A stretch of DNA of 45,762 nucleotides. Origin: a virus. A program made the position numbers and the translations under genes. Below, piece after piece: positions 25,701-32,953 of this stretch (position 1 is the first letter of the stretch; every line of letters starts with the position of its first letter). Below the pieces are notes generated by a model that saw nothing but the letters and a program-made list of their open reading frames with translations, ran no database searches and had not been told where the DNA came from. Where the stretch lies: IMG/VR virus record IMGVR_UViG_3300040985_000986, positions 1 through 45,762 of that record; one strand, 5' to 3'.

Positions 25701-28700
25701 ACCTGCCGTCGTCCCACAACTGCCGAACTTGCACTCGGTCCAACACCATCACGTCGTTGAACCCCGCGACAAGCAAAGTAAACGACACGACCTTGTTGTC
25801 GATGCCTACGCCTTCGCTCATCAGAGCAAACTCTCTGCGGATCTGCTGGCCCGTTTGCTGCGGGTCAGACAGCATGTCGTGCAGCTTTTGCAGACCTGTC
25901 ACGCCATTCTTGTCTTTCTTAGCGAGCTTGAACAGGAACGACTTGCCGAACGCGTTAAGGTTGTGCCCCGAGCTCGCGCCTGGCATGCCGCTACCTTTAG
26001 GTGCGACCTTCTTCGACCATCTCAAATACGCTTTGACATCTTTTTTCGTGAACGTGCCGGCCGCAGCTTTTGCTATCCACTCTTCGGCGCCCTTAAACGC
26101 GTCGATGAACAGCGACTCTTGGGTGTAGGGGCTGACGCCACGGGACAAGAACGACCAGAGGAACAACTTGCCTGTGGTCGCTACGTCAATCTTGCCTTCT
26201 GTGTAGAGTTTACGAAACAGCGCCGCGTTCTCGAAGCCGTGGGTGGCGTCTTCGATCTGCCCCTTCGACAACTTACCCAGCTTCTGTGCCATCCGAGAGC
26301 CTGCTAGGTCTCGGATAAACGCGTAGGGTGGCACCGGCACTTCTGCGGATGCGAACGCTTCCGCCTGCATCAGCGACCACGCTTCTTGGCTTGTGTGCGC
26401 GTCTGGGTGCGCGGCGAGTAGGGCGTCGACTGCGGCAAGCTGCGCGGTCGCGTTTTTGTTCGTTGTCTTCTGCCCGATATTAGGCTTCTTGGGCAGCTTG
26501 ACCCGGCCATACAACCGAACGCGGAGCTTGGGCCAGAATCCTAGCTTGTTCCCTCGCGTCACTCGTTGCCCCGGCTTCATCTCGCGCGAGCTAGTTTTCT
26601 TCCCGCCCTGCTGGAACGTTGTCGATGTTGCAGGCGTGGGCTTGGCCCGCGTGAGCAACTGCAATGTCCCGGTGCTGTCCTCCATGCGGAATATCAGATC
26701 TCCGCGGGTCAGTTGGTCTTCATTTAGTGTGTCGTCCGGTGCCTTAGCCAAGCGCTCTTCCGGCGTCAAGGATTGGCGCGACTGCGTCATGCGCGCCTCC
26801 GCTTCACCCGCGAGGCGCTCGTAGAGCTCGTGAAGAAGCACCTGCTGCTGCTCCGTTGTCTTCCCTCGTAGCTCAACCCGGCCAATAATATCTTTGAGCG
26901 TCGTTTGCGGCCACATCGCAGTGCCCAACGTCTGCTCGTCGAGATTAGCGAGTTCGCGGCGCAGTTCGATGAACTTGCGCTGCACTTCGGCGAAGTCGGC
27001 ACGAAGCAGCTTCTCGCGAGCGCTTTGATGCACGACTAGCGGGCGGCCTGTGGGGCCTGAGTAATGCTCAAGCGCGAGCTTGAGCCCCGCCGCGTCCAAC
27101 GCGTAGTCGACAAGCTGGCGAAGTTTGACAACGTTGGCGTTGTTGTTTGGGTCCGCCGCCATCTCATCCAACTTATTATGCGCCGTTGTGCGCGCGACCT
27201 GCAGTTGTCTGACCACGTCGTAGGCAAACATGTCGGGGTTACCCCCCGCAGCGAAACCCTCGCGGTGCTGGATTATGTGCTGGATCTCATGCAGCAAGAC
27301 GTCGCGCTGCTCTGCTTCGGTGACCAGGTCGCTCGATATCCCGATGCGCGCCGGCTTACCTCCAGAAGGGCGCAGGTAATAGCCGCGCGAGCCAGGGGCC
27401 ATATCCTCGACGACCACCTCGATGTTTGCGAGCTCCGGGTATGCCGCGAATAGCTCTGGGTGATCCAGCACTCGGTCGAGCTTTGATGGCTTCGACGCTG
27501 TCGCTTGGTCAACCCGAGCTTCGGCGTTCGCCAGCCCCGACCGCGCCGTGCGCAGCTCCTTCTGTAGGTGGGCTATGAGCTTTGTCCTGTCCATCCCGTC
27601 TTTTTTTGACTTCTCGTATGCGTCGAACACTTGGTCCGACAGTCGCTGGACCTCGCTACGTCGCCGCGAGACCGCCTGTTTGCGCTTCTCCGACTCGTCT
27701 TTGCGTTCTTGTTTCGCGTCCGGGTAGTTGGGGAGGTAGGGCACCGACCGCATTTTTGCGTTGTGGTCTGATAGCTCCCATCGCGCCTTGCCGTCGGGCC
27801 CGACGTGCCACCCTGTTGCTTGGCGGATCTCTTCCGCCGTCGCGCCGGCGAGGTCCATCGCTTTCGCACGCTGGAAAGCTGGCATGTCGGCGGAGGCGGC
27901 GCCCGTGCCGGCGAACTGGTTGAACACCTTCGTCCTGTCGAAGTCTTCCGGCATTGCCGTGACGAAGGTGTCTGGGTCGAACCCCACCAGCTTGGCCAGC
28001 TGTGACGGCAAGATCAAAGTCCCTTTGACGACCGACGCCTGCTCGGCCCTTGCGCGCAGCCCCTGGACGAGCACCGTCGCCGCATCGCGCGCGGCCCGCG
28101 CGTCGCGAACGCCTGCCTTGATCGTGTTCGCCGTGATGTTGTCGATCAGGCCGGCGGTGTCTTTGTCGACTTGGTCTCGCAGATCGCCGGCCTTCTTCAG
28201 CCCCTTCTTCAGCCGCTTCTGCTCGTCAGTGAGCGCCGCTTCCGCAGCCTCCATCTCAGTCAGCGTGTAGCTGTCGGCAGAAGGCTTGACGTGGTTGACC
28301 AAGCGATCTTGGAACTCCGTCTCTGCGATCTCGCCGCTGAAGAACACGGCGCCATCCAGCACGATAGTCGGCTGCTTCTCCGCCGGCTGGGCCAGCTGCT
28401 CGGCTAACCCAGGGAACACTTCTTCGAGCTCTTCGACAGTCAAGCCGGTGTCGTCTAGCGCCTTGGTGAACTCTTCCCTCGGGACGTGCACTTCTTGCAG
28501 CTTGGTGCCGCGCCACATCTTGCGCATGAGCATCACCATCTTGCTCGGCGCTCGCTGTTGGTAGGTGCTGCCCTTCACTCCTTCCTGCACTTCCTTGTAG
28601 ACCGTCCCCTGCGCAGCTGCCGCTCGGATCTTCTTGCGCTCTGATAGATGCCGCAGTGCCGGCCCCATCTGACTGATCAGGCCGACGCCGATGAACGCCT

Positions 28701-30066
28701 GCCCCGCGGTGTCTACCGAGATCTGCCACATGTCAGACAAGAGCGTCTCGTCGCGGAGCGCAGCTTCGATAGGTGCGATCTCGCGGATGTCTTCGAGGAA
28801 CCGCTTACCGACATCGCCATCTAGCGTGACCATCCCGTCGGGGTCGAGGAACTCTACCGGCCTGCCAGTCACTCGCCTGAATACGTCGGGAGTCACGCGG
28901 ACCTTGTCGCCGTCCTTCACTACGCGGCCGCCGCCCGGCATGTTGATCTCGGCGCTTGATAACACCTCGTTCATCCGGTCGCGAGCTTCGGTCACCTTCT
29001 TGCCGAAGTATTCGCCAAGCGCCGTCACGTTCTCCTGTGCCACTTCTTGCCCGACTTCAGAAGTCAGCGACGCAATGCTGCGGCCGATAGTCTTGCGCCA
29101 CGCGCGAGTCGCGGTCGGTGTGTCTAGCGCGCTACCGAGTAGGCGCCGGGTCAGCCCGCTGCGGTTGGCGAGGTTCCGACTAGCCATGCCGAAAGGCTTG
29201 GCGAAGAAGGCCAACGTGCCCATCTCGATGGCGGAGTTGACCCAGCCTACCGTGTGCGAGTTGCGCCTGGCTACGTCCTCCGCAATACCCGCTTGCTTGT
29301 ATTGGTGGTAGGCCAGCCCGCCTTCGAGCTCATACGTGTGGATCGCAGCCGGCACGGTTCCGGCGAGACCTATCGCTAGCGGCAGCAGCGCCGGCGCCGC
29401 AGGAGGGATGAACGCAGCGAGGGCAGACGCGCCAATGGCGACACCCGTCTCCCAGATCGCCATCTGCGACATCGTCTGCGCGGTCAGGCCGAAGAACCCG
29501 TCAACGTGACCCAGCGCATCCATACGTTTGACGATGGACTGGTAGTGCTCCTTCTCCCCTTCAGTGCGGAACAGGCCGCCCTGGGCACGTAATTTGACCG
29601 CTGCCTGTGCGAGCTCCTCCATCACGTTCGCCGACTCCCAGCCGGCGGACATCTTCTCCAGCGCTGACAGCTTGTCGAAGTCGTCGATGGCCAGCGCAGC
29701 GAAGTCTGGGTCCTGCATCTGCCGATATAGGATCGGGGAGTTGCGCGCGAGGTCTAGGCGCTCGATTTGCTTGCTCGCGTATAGCTGGCGAGACTTATCG
29801 ATATTGTCGCGGATGACTCTGCGGTCCATCCCGAGCTCGATATTGAGCTCTTGGATCTCTTGGGCTAGGTCGGGGTCCGTTTGCAGTTGGTCCTGCATCA
29901 GGCGCATGAACTGCCGGTCTTCAATTAGCTGATCTTGCGCGACCATCGCGCGCAACCCAGGGGCTATAGGGCCCTCGTATCCACGCTGCTGTGTCCGTTG
30001 AGGTGCTGGTAAGCCCGACGCGAAGTCCGGGTCGTTAAATGCGGGGACGCCGCTAAAGCCACCCAC
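19789..30066 (-). CDS. Giant polyvalent internal-virion/ejection protein (3,425 aa) in the T7 gp16 position.
   Basis: Uninterrupted 10,278-nt ORF. Its GTG start overlaps the upstream stop (TAGTG), with GGAG 10 nt upstream. It has hydrophobic segments at both ends, a long R/E/K coiled-coil region, HEIQH and HEFAH zincin motifs, an ART-PolyVal-like segment and an HhH-like segment. Confidence 0.9.
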   Translation of the reverse strand: MGGFSGVPAFNDPDFASGLPAPQRTQQRGYEGPIAPGLRAMVAQDQLIEDRQFMRLMQDQLQTDPDLAQEIQELNIELGMDRRVIRDNIDKSRQLYASKQIERLDLARNSPILYRQMQDPDFAALAIDDFDKLSALEKMSAGWESANVMEELAQAAVKLRAQGGLFRTEGEKEHYQSIVKRMDALGHVDGFFGLTAQTMSQMAIWETGVAIGASALAAFIPPAAPALLPLAIGLAGTVPAAIHTYELEGGLAYHQYKQAGIAEDVARRNSHTVGWVNSAIEMGTLAFFAKPFGMASRNLANRSGLTRRLLGSALDTPTATRAWRKTIGRSIASLTSEVGQEVAQENVTALGEYFGKKVTEARDRMNEVLSSAEINMPGGGRVVKDGDKVRVTPDVFRRVTGRPVEFLDPDGMVTLDGDVGKRFLEDIREIAPIEAALRDETLLSDMWQISVDTAGQAFIGVGLISQMGPALRHLSERKKIRAAAAQGTVYKEVQEGVKGSTYQQRAPSKMVMLMRKMWRGTKLQEVHVPREEFTKALDDTGLTVEELEEVFPGLAEQLAQPAEKQPTIVLDGAVFFSGEIAETEFQDRLVNHVKPSADSYTLTEMEAAEAALTDEQKRLKKGLKKAGDLRDQVDKDTAGLIDNITANTIKAGVRDARAARDAATVLVQGLRARAEQASVVKGTLILPSQLAKLVGFDPDTFVTAMPEDFDRTKVFNQFAGTGAASADMPAFQRAKAMDLAGATAEEIRQATGWHVGPDGKARWELSDHNAKMRSVPYLPNYPDAKQERKDESEKRKQAVSRRRSEVQRLSDQVFDAYEKSKKDGMDRTKLIAHLQKELRTARSGLANAEARVDQATASKPSKLDRVLDHPELFAAYPELANIEVVVEDMAPGSRGYYLRPSGGKPARIGISSDLVTEAEQRDVLLHEIQHIIQHREGFAAGGNPDMFAYDVVRQLQVARTTAHNKLDEMAADPNNNANVVKLRQLVDYALDAAGLKLALEHYSGPTGRPLVVHQSAREKLLRADFAEVQRKFIELRRELANLDEQTLGTAMWPQTTLKDIIGRVELRGKTTEQQQVLLHELYERLAGEAEARMTQSRQSLTPEERLAKAPDDTLNEDQLTRGDLIFRMEDSTGTLQLLTRAKPTPATSTTFQQGGKKTSSREMKPGQRVTRGNKLGFWPKLRVRLYGRVKLPKKPNIGQKTTNKNATAQLAAVDALLAAHPDAHTSQEAWSLMQAEAFASAEVPVPPYAFIRDLAGSRMAQKLGKLSKGQIEDATHGFENAALFRKLYTEGKIDVATTGKLFLWSFLSRGVSPYTQESLFIDAFKGAEEWIAKAAAGTFTKKDVKAYLRWSKKVAPKGSGMPGASSGHNLNAFGKSFLFKLAKKDKNGVTGLQKLHDMLSDPQQTGQQIRREFALMSEGVGIDNKVVSFTLLVAGFNDVMVLDRVQVRQLWDDGRFNGYNLYDGVKTKRVVSGKEKQVVLTGSALTDLTMGARGILIYEAIERALTPKVKEVYAKLGRSQDASVGRYHWESWVADSEQEASHGTLSAILEDVKGADHAIARVVAKQGEYATYEYGAGYFVSADGVSGFVYVGPSGKQYTFDVAAFRGFLAEIKKPKNGVVPRGTKTKDPKSGKTKTKNWSITQKTEGLGGPWWSHPDINQEQLDKLAAEWSGADGRRNVDAAVGPASAEDAVGPRPVGPDRGGAPVRGEKAALFDPKMRRRAQDRQQASTVFFQQGATFDESAYRPEVVAWAKEQFGGRVGTNGQPVWQNFARWFGDSKVVDAEGKPMVVYHTTAAEFDVFFPGSHFGTSQAAQDRMQTRGGVNAEGGRTIPAFVTIKNPLRVEDNVASDEAALLNYLIQNKLTNVDGVEMRAIGPVKALQDAGFDGLVYANKVEDRGEDSYVAFDPNQIKSTNNEGNFSTDEDGLLHQQNSEEGPRGSFDPATLRVILYKKHDPTTLVHEFAHLLFEIDSRMALQGLASPQQLRDMQILLDQFGKGRFASLQDYLTAPAEMREEMHEGVAYSFEDYMSKGVAPSKELANVFERLAKWMVKMYRNVRDTVAVNYHDATGETLPALSDDVRFVFDRWLAADEEIELRLREEAVGRLLRATKADGESLDELDRLLLQELVFDHEREAKSKLRDVFMTELRKLRTLRGRAARKLQRSSRAERKKREAEERDRIARTDRIGRILNFLSSGDLLNDDGSVSQSSLQMRLDGALERLRIALDEREELTKELSERQPELEATIENATTVITAKRADIAAEKRMLATLRKSAAPNQELIDQTIEFLAYTEAQVQGLDSARTAAKEELKALRSDIKRFVSVIEKEEKRVAVAKKGAAGVEGKRLRAFLTTDERVPERYRTDNVEQAEITDVEQFAQDLGYGSADSMFDELRRALIGEERQQREIQSGGVKYTLPGDSAGAALTNMVNDATDERMLSEVPHLADPAQMQYEIDAALSNEAIVKLRAAEIKLMEKLPPTYQEMVRVAKEIARRDVAKLTAGDLFGRKNLVRSFTEQARRAERKAAMHRGDPSKVGLHQRTALYFRAMANEAVRTRAAIEKHSDKLKSRLKFRPGNGKREDTLARNYGGATIETARLMLDLLGVEVGSGLRDQGPPWTGLSEADPERQMLEQALGDVESVISTDGTLMQQTVEQAMESLEYVEGVLVQGKWARMFELEGRTAQLDEIIRRLREQVEAEGTPEKSRKTTTREDIKGKIRQWNYTTQRVEALLFAMDGDDQGLLSQLIFVPLRNAEDQVEINLAAVIEKLEPLLRMVRDEVGASAELSRPITTGTDATGAPLLPDRSRKTQDPDVLDNGKMDILGMLLHCGNLSNLRRLLLGFGWATERADGSIDATRWWEQVRQWEAAGIVTKADWEFCQGVWNIYEEELLPMTQEAHYAMLGRRMELVDKGLSVLGQRVMEDGTVVKVQGGYVPAGRDPKLRSPKGERNAQDTLLGFQRSIATINKGHTKNRVDEPDPDPLDINPINQIMHFRQAIIFAQMGPAHKKVATLLRQRDVESLLERLSPGIYKNILDPLMETAATLSSTLVSARGADMLDGIDFVDKLRSNYGTAAMFANVVNSLQGVTGVLLAQMSGQVKTRFLMEGISGGHTKAEIYELSPFMATRHRLGVSAFEMQNRVLNLVESGKFQSVKEAQRWLSKNTYWMQEIIQHPVDLIVWRGAYAQAIDEGKGNRQAINAADGAVRRTQADTAVTAMAKVEKGGRFAKMWTQFLSWFLSLGSMRASAMRRATLARRQNDGTRAMWVVRVVMSKEAMAGFFTLFIGELIATAFRAEDDEEKDALDTWLIDPLLMTALAIPRSLGPVGAFAGTLGAKAVPLVVPSLSRDLAFQQRMPDPAAIAIIDQIGRTAANLLEDGADRSDVLNSMELAAKMVGIPLHVITQRLRRGFDLFDEEKIEPSAMSAFTGRR
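28387..28429. repeat. 43-bp perfect direct repeat, copy B. The partner is at 11409..11451.
   Basis: Identical plus-strand string. Here the coding strand is the opposite one (it encodes ELEEVFPGLAEQLAQ of the giant protein). Confidence 0.95.
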
Positions 30067-32309
30067 TAATTCCCGCTCCGTTTGTTGGCCGCGGAAAAGT
30101 CAGCGCCCTGCGCCTCGTTAGATGTAGAGGTCCATGCATCGTAGTCCTCAATGTCGCCTCCCGTCGCAACCTCAACAGGTTTAGCTGATTTCAACGCCAC
30201 GACATCATAGCGCATACGCTCGATGGCGCTGTCGACCGCAAACCTGCGCGTCTCCGCTTCTTGCGCGGAGATGTCGGGTGCTTCAGGGTCCCCATGCTGT
30301 GCGATAGCGTAGCCTCGGTAAACTGCATCTTGGCCCCTCTGATCCCATGCATAAGCAGCGGGCCTCGCAGGCGTCGCCTTTAGTTCTTCGTAGATTCGCA
30401 GTGAGTCAGGGTGCACCTGCTGCGCAACGTAGTCGAAGTCTGCACCTACCGAAGGGTCGACATTTGCCGCGAGTGGGTTCATATTTTCGGTGAGCTTCTG
30501 CGCTTCCGCCAAGGTTGTCGGCCTGTCGTAACGGAGCCAAAGCTCCTCCGCGCGTCGCGAGATGGACTTAGGGTCGACCTCGCGGTCAGGGAAGTAGAGC
30601 GTCTTTGCTACTTGCTCCATGTGCTCGCGCACGTCCATGCTGATGTCTGTCATCTGGAGTCGTCCGTAGCGCGTGTCGCCGCGCACCTGCGAAGCCACGG
30701 TTGGGTCCATCACGGCCGCGAGCTCGCGCGGCACGGGGTGGTCCCCGTCCCCGTAGGACCAGATTGTGTCGCTGAACAGCTTGTCGAGCGCTTCGATCTT
30801 CTCGTCATGCGTCTGGCCGCGTGCGTTGATCACGCCTAGCGCCGTGTCAACCATGCGTAGGTCGACGACGGGCTTGTCGGGGTCGCTTCTGTCGAGCGCC
30901 CACGCATACCCCTTCAGCTTCTGCCGGACTATCGACTCCAGGCTGACGCGGTCGCCTTCCTTAAACGTGATACCGTGCGCGTCTGTGTAAGCTCGGCGCA
31001 CAAACTTTGCTTTCTCTTCCGACATGCCCGCCGTGATCTTCGTTAACGCGGCCGGGTCTGGGATTCGCACGCGGAGGAGCTCCAAGTTCTTCGTGTCGTA
31101 AGCCAGCGCGATGTTGCGGTAGGTGTTATCCGCGTCCTCCTTACCGGATTTGGTCAACATGCGACGCAGCGTCAACTGACCAGCGCGCGTCGACATCAGT
31201 CGCCGAACAGCATCCGGGTTACGTTCCTGCAAGTCTGCAATTCCCAGCCGTGGGTCTTTGCGCAACTCTTCGGTTAGTGGGTCGGCGGCTTGCGCCACGG
31301 CTGCGTCTTCCGACGCCTTGCGATCTTGGACCTCTGCGTCGACCAGCGTGTTCGCCCGTTGATAGGTAGCAGCGTCAATATCGCCCGCGTCGAGTTTATC
31401 TTTGAGCTCTTGGCGCGCGTCGGCGTGCATCTGTGCCGTGCCGTAGCCGTCAAGCTGGGGCCCCATCTCATAGCGACCCAACGTGTCCATCGCCAACTTC
31501 TGCGCTTTCTCGTTGGTCTTTTCGACCTTGCCCATCGCCGCTTGCGCCTTCTGTTCTCTGCGCAGCCGGTTGACTAACTTCGCACGGCTAGCTTCTTCGA
31601 TGTGCGTGCCCCTGCCTTCTTTGTCGAGCTCCTCCTCCGCTTTGTCTAGGTCGCCCAGGTCGAGCAAGGTCTCCGCGTAGGTAAACTGAGCGGTCGACAG
31701 CGTGTCCTTGTAGAGCTCTTGGCGCTGTTCTTCGGACATCCCAACTACGCGCCCGTATTCGTTGATCTCGTCCCTCAAGTCGACGCGCGCACCCCAGTCG
31801 CCTGCCGCGACGTCGTCCGATAGCTGGCCATAGCGCACCTTGGACTGCGCAGCATTCGCCACCTGCGACTGCTTCGCCCAGTGCAGTCCCGCGGCCGCCT
31901 GGGCTCGGGTGAAGTCGACGGCCGTTGCTTGCTCGAACATCTCGCGAGTCTCGTCGTCGTCAAACGACGCGCGCAACTTCTTGTTCACCTCTGCGAGCTC
32001 ACGCTCGAAGTCACTGATGCCGTCGCGCGCGGCACCACCCTGCTTCGTCAGGTAACCGCTATCTCGGTCCTGCAGCAGTCGACGGATCTCTTGCGCCGCG
32101 CGGACCTGGCCTTCTTTGGCCTTCGACACGCGGGCGTTTCGCATGCCCTTATTGCCGATCTCGACAAGTTTACTGCCTGCCCTTGCCGCGGTCGAAGCCG
32201 CCTGCCCGAGCATCTGGATCCCTTCCGTCTGCTCGAATTGCTGCACCTGCGGTGCCTGGAGCGACACCATATTGGGCGTTGTCTTCTGCACGCCTGGGAC
32301 GCGAATCAT
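30066..32309 (-). CDS. Internal virion protein, T7 gp15-like by position and size (747 aa).
   Basis: Helical, charged, Q/A/E-rich sequence. It lies between the 214-aa and 3,425-aa genes, after the nozzle gene. T7 gp15 is of similar length, from memory. Confidence 0.55.
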   Translation of the reverse strand: MIRVPGVQKTTPNMVSLQAPQVQQFEQTEGIQMLGQAASTAARAGSKLVEIGNKGMRNARVSKAKEGQVRAAQEIRRLLQDRDSGYLTKQGGAARDGISDFERELAEVNKKLRASFDDDETREMFEQATAVDFTRAQAAAGLHWAKQSQVANAAQSKVRYGQLSDDVAAGDWGARVDLRDEINEYGRVVGMSEEQRQELYKDTLSTAQFTYAETLLDLGDLDKAEEELDKEGRGTHIEEASRAKLVNRLRREQKAQAAMGKVEKTNEKAQKLAMDTLGRYEMGPQLDGYGTAQMHADARQELKDKLDAGDIDAATYQRANTLVDAEVQDRKASEDAAVAQAADPLTEELRKDPRLGIADLQERNPDAVRRLMSTRAGQLTLRRMLTKSGKEDADNTYRNIALAYDTKNLELLRVRIPDPAALTKITAGMSEEKAKFVRRAYTDAHGITFKEGDRVSLESIVRQKLKGYAWALDRSDPDKPVVDLRMVDTALGVINARGQTHDEKIEALDKLFSDTIWSYGDGDHPVPRELAAVMDPTVASQVRGDTRYGRLQMTDISMDVREHMEQVAKTLYFPDREVDPKSISRRAEELWLRYDRPTTLAEAQKLTENMNPLAANVDPSVGADFDYVAQQVHPDSLRIYEELKATPARPAAYAWDQRGQDAVYRGYAIAQHGDPEAPDISAQEAETRRFAVDSAIERMRYDVVALKSAKPVEVATGGDIEDYDAWTSTSNEAQGADFSAANKRSGN

Positions 32310-32953
32310 TAGCTCTCTCCTGCGAAGACACCGGTGGACGCTGCTTGGCCGAACATGTTACCTGCTGACCCTAGCGCCACGAGGCCAGGGCTGACAGCGC
32401 TGGCCGCGCCGCGGGCGTTCTGCGCCGATACACGCGCGGCCTGTGCGGACAGGCGCGAGTTGAGCGCGGCACGTCTTGCTTGCTGCGACTGCCTGCGCAC
32501 GTTGGTTTTGATCGTGCGCGCCTCCATCCGCCGCACGATCTCCATGGACGCCCGCACCTCTGCCGAGCTCCCGGCGCCGAGTAGGACGCCGCGGCGCGCG
32601 CTGCCGACTATCGCTTGTGCGCGCTCCTGCCCTGCCTGCATCCCGCGGCGTGAGATCTCGCTGTTGCCGGCCTCGATAAGCAGCAGTGCCTGGTCTTCGT
32701 AGTCGCGCGCCTGCATGTCGGCCATCGTGCCCTGGAACTCTAGGCTCACCGCTTTGTTCTTCAGTGTCTGCCGTTTCGTCAACGCACTGAAGTAGCCGGT
32801 CACTGCCGCCAACCCCGCCGCGGACCACGCGAGAGCCTGGCCCATCCCCTTGTTCTCTTCGGCTATGGCGAAGTCCTCGCCGAGGCTCAGGTCGTCGTTC
32901 GCCCCGAAGAGACCACCGTCTAGCGGGTCGTTGATGTGTATGTCGTCAGTCAT
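32309..32953 (-). CDS. Internal virion protein, T7 gp14-like by position (214 aa).
   Basis: Hydrophobic segment ALAWSAAGLAAVTGYFSAL followed by an Ala/Arg/Gln-rich helical region. TAATG overlap with the next gene. Confidence 0.5.
   Translation of the reverse strand: MTDDIHINDPLDGGLFGANDDLSLGEDFAIAEENKGMGQALAWSAAGLAAVTGYFSALTKRQTLKNKAVSLEFQGTMADMQARDYEDQALLLIEAGNSEISRRGMQAGQERAQAIVGSARRGVLLGAGSSAEVRASMEIVRRMEARTIKTNVRRQSQQARRAALNSRLSAQAARVSAQNARGAASAVSPGLVALGSAGNMFGQAASTGVFAGES

Noticed and set aside
19802-29311. Many long plus-strand ORFs inside the giant gene, for example 19802..20530 (242 aa), 23213..23878 (221 aa), 25081..25686 (201 aa) and 28691..29311 (206 aa).
   Set aside because: They are antisense to an unbroken 10-kb ORF in a GC-rich genome. 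Their composition is Ser/Arg/Ala/Pro-rich and low-complexity, typical of off-frame reading. They have no RBS or motif support.
19789-30066. The possibility that the giant protein is an N4-like virion RNA polymerase. It is of similar size (about 3,400-3,500 aa), and no other phage RNAP is present.
   Set aside because: I could not find the T7-like RNAP signatures (T/DxxGR, motif B Rx3Kx7YG, motif C HD/YGD-type) or a DxDGD double-psi beta-barrel motif by eye. The recognisable modules are of the polyvalent-effector type. This is still worth a formal profile search.
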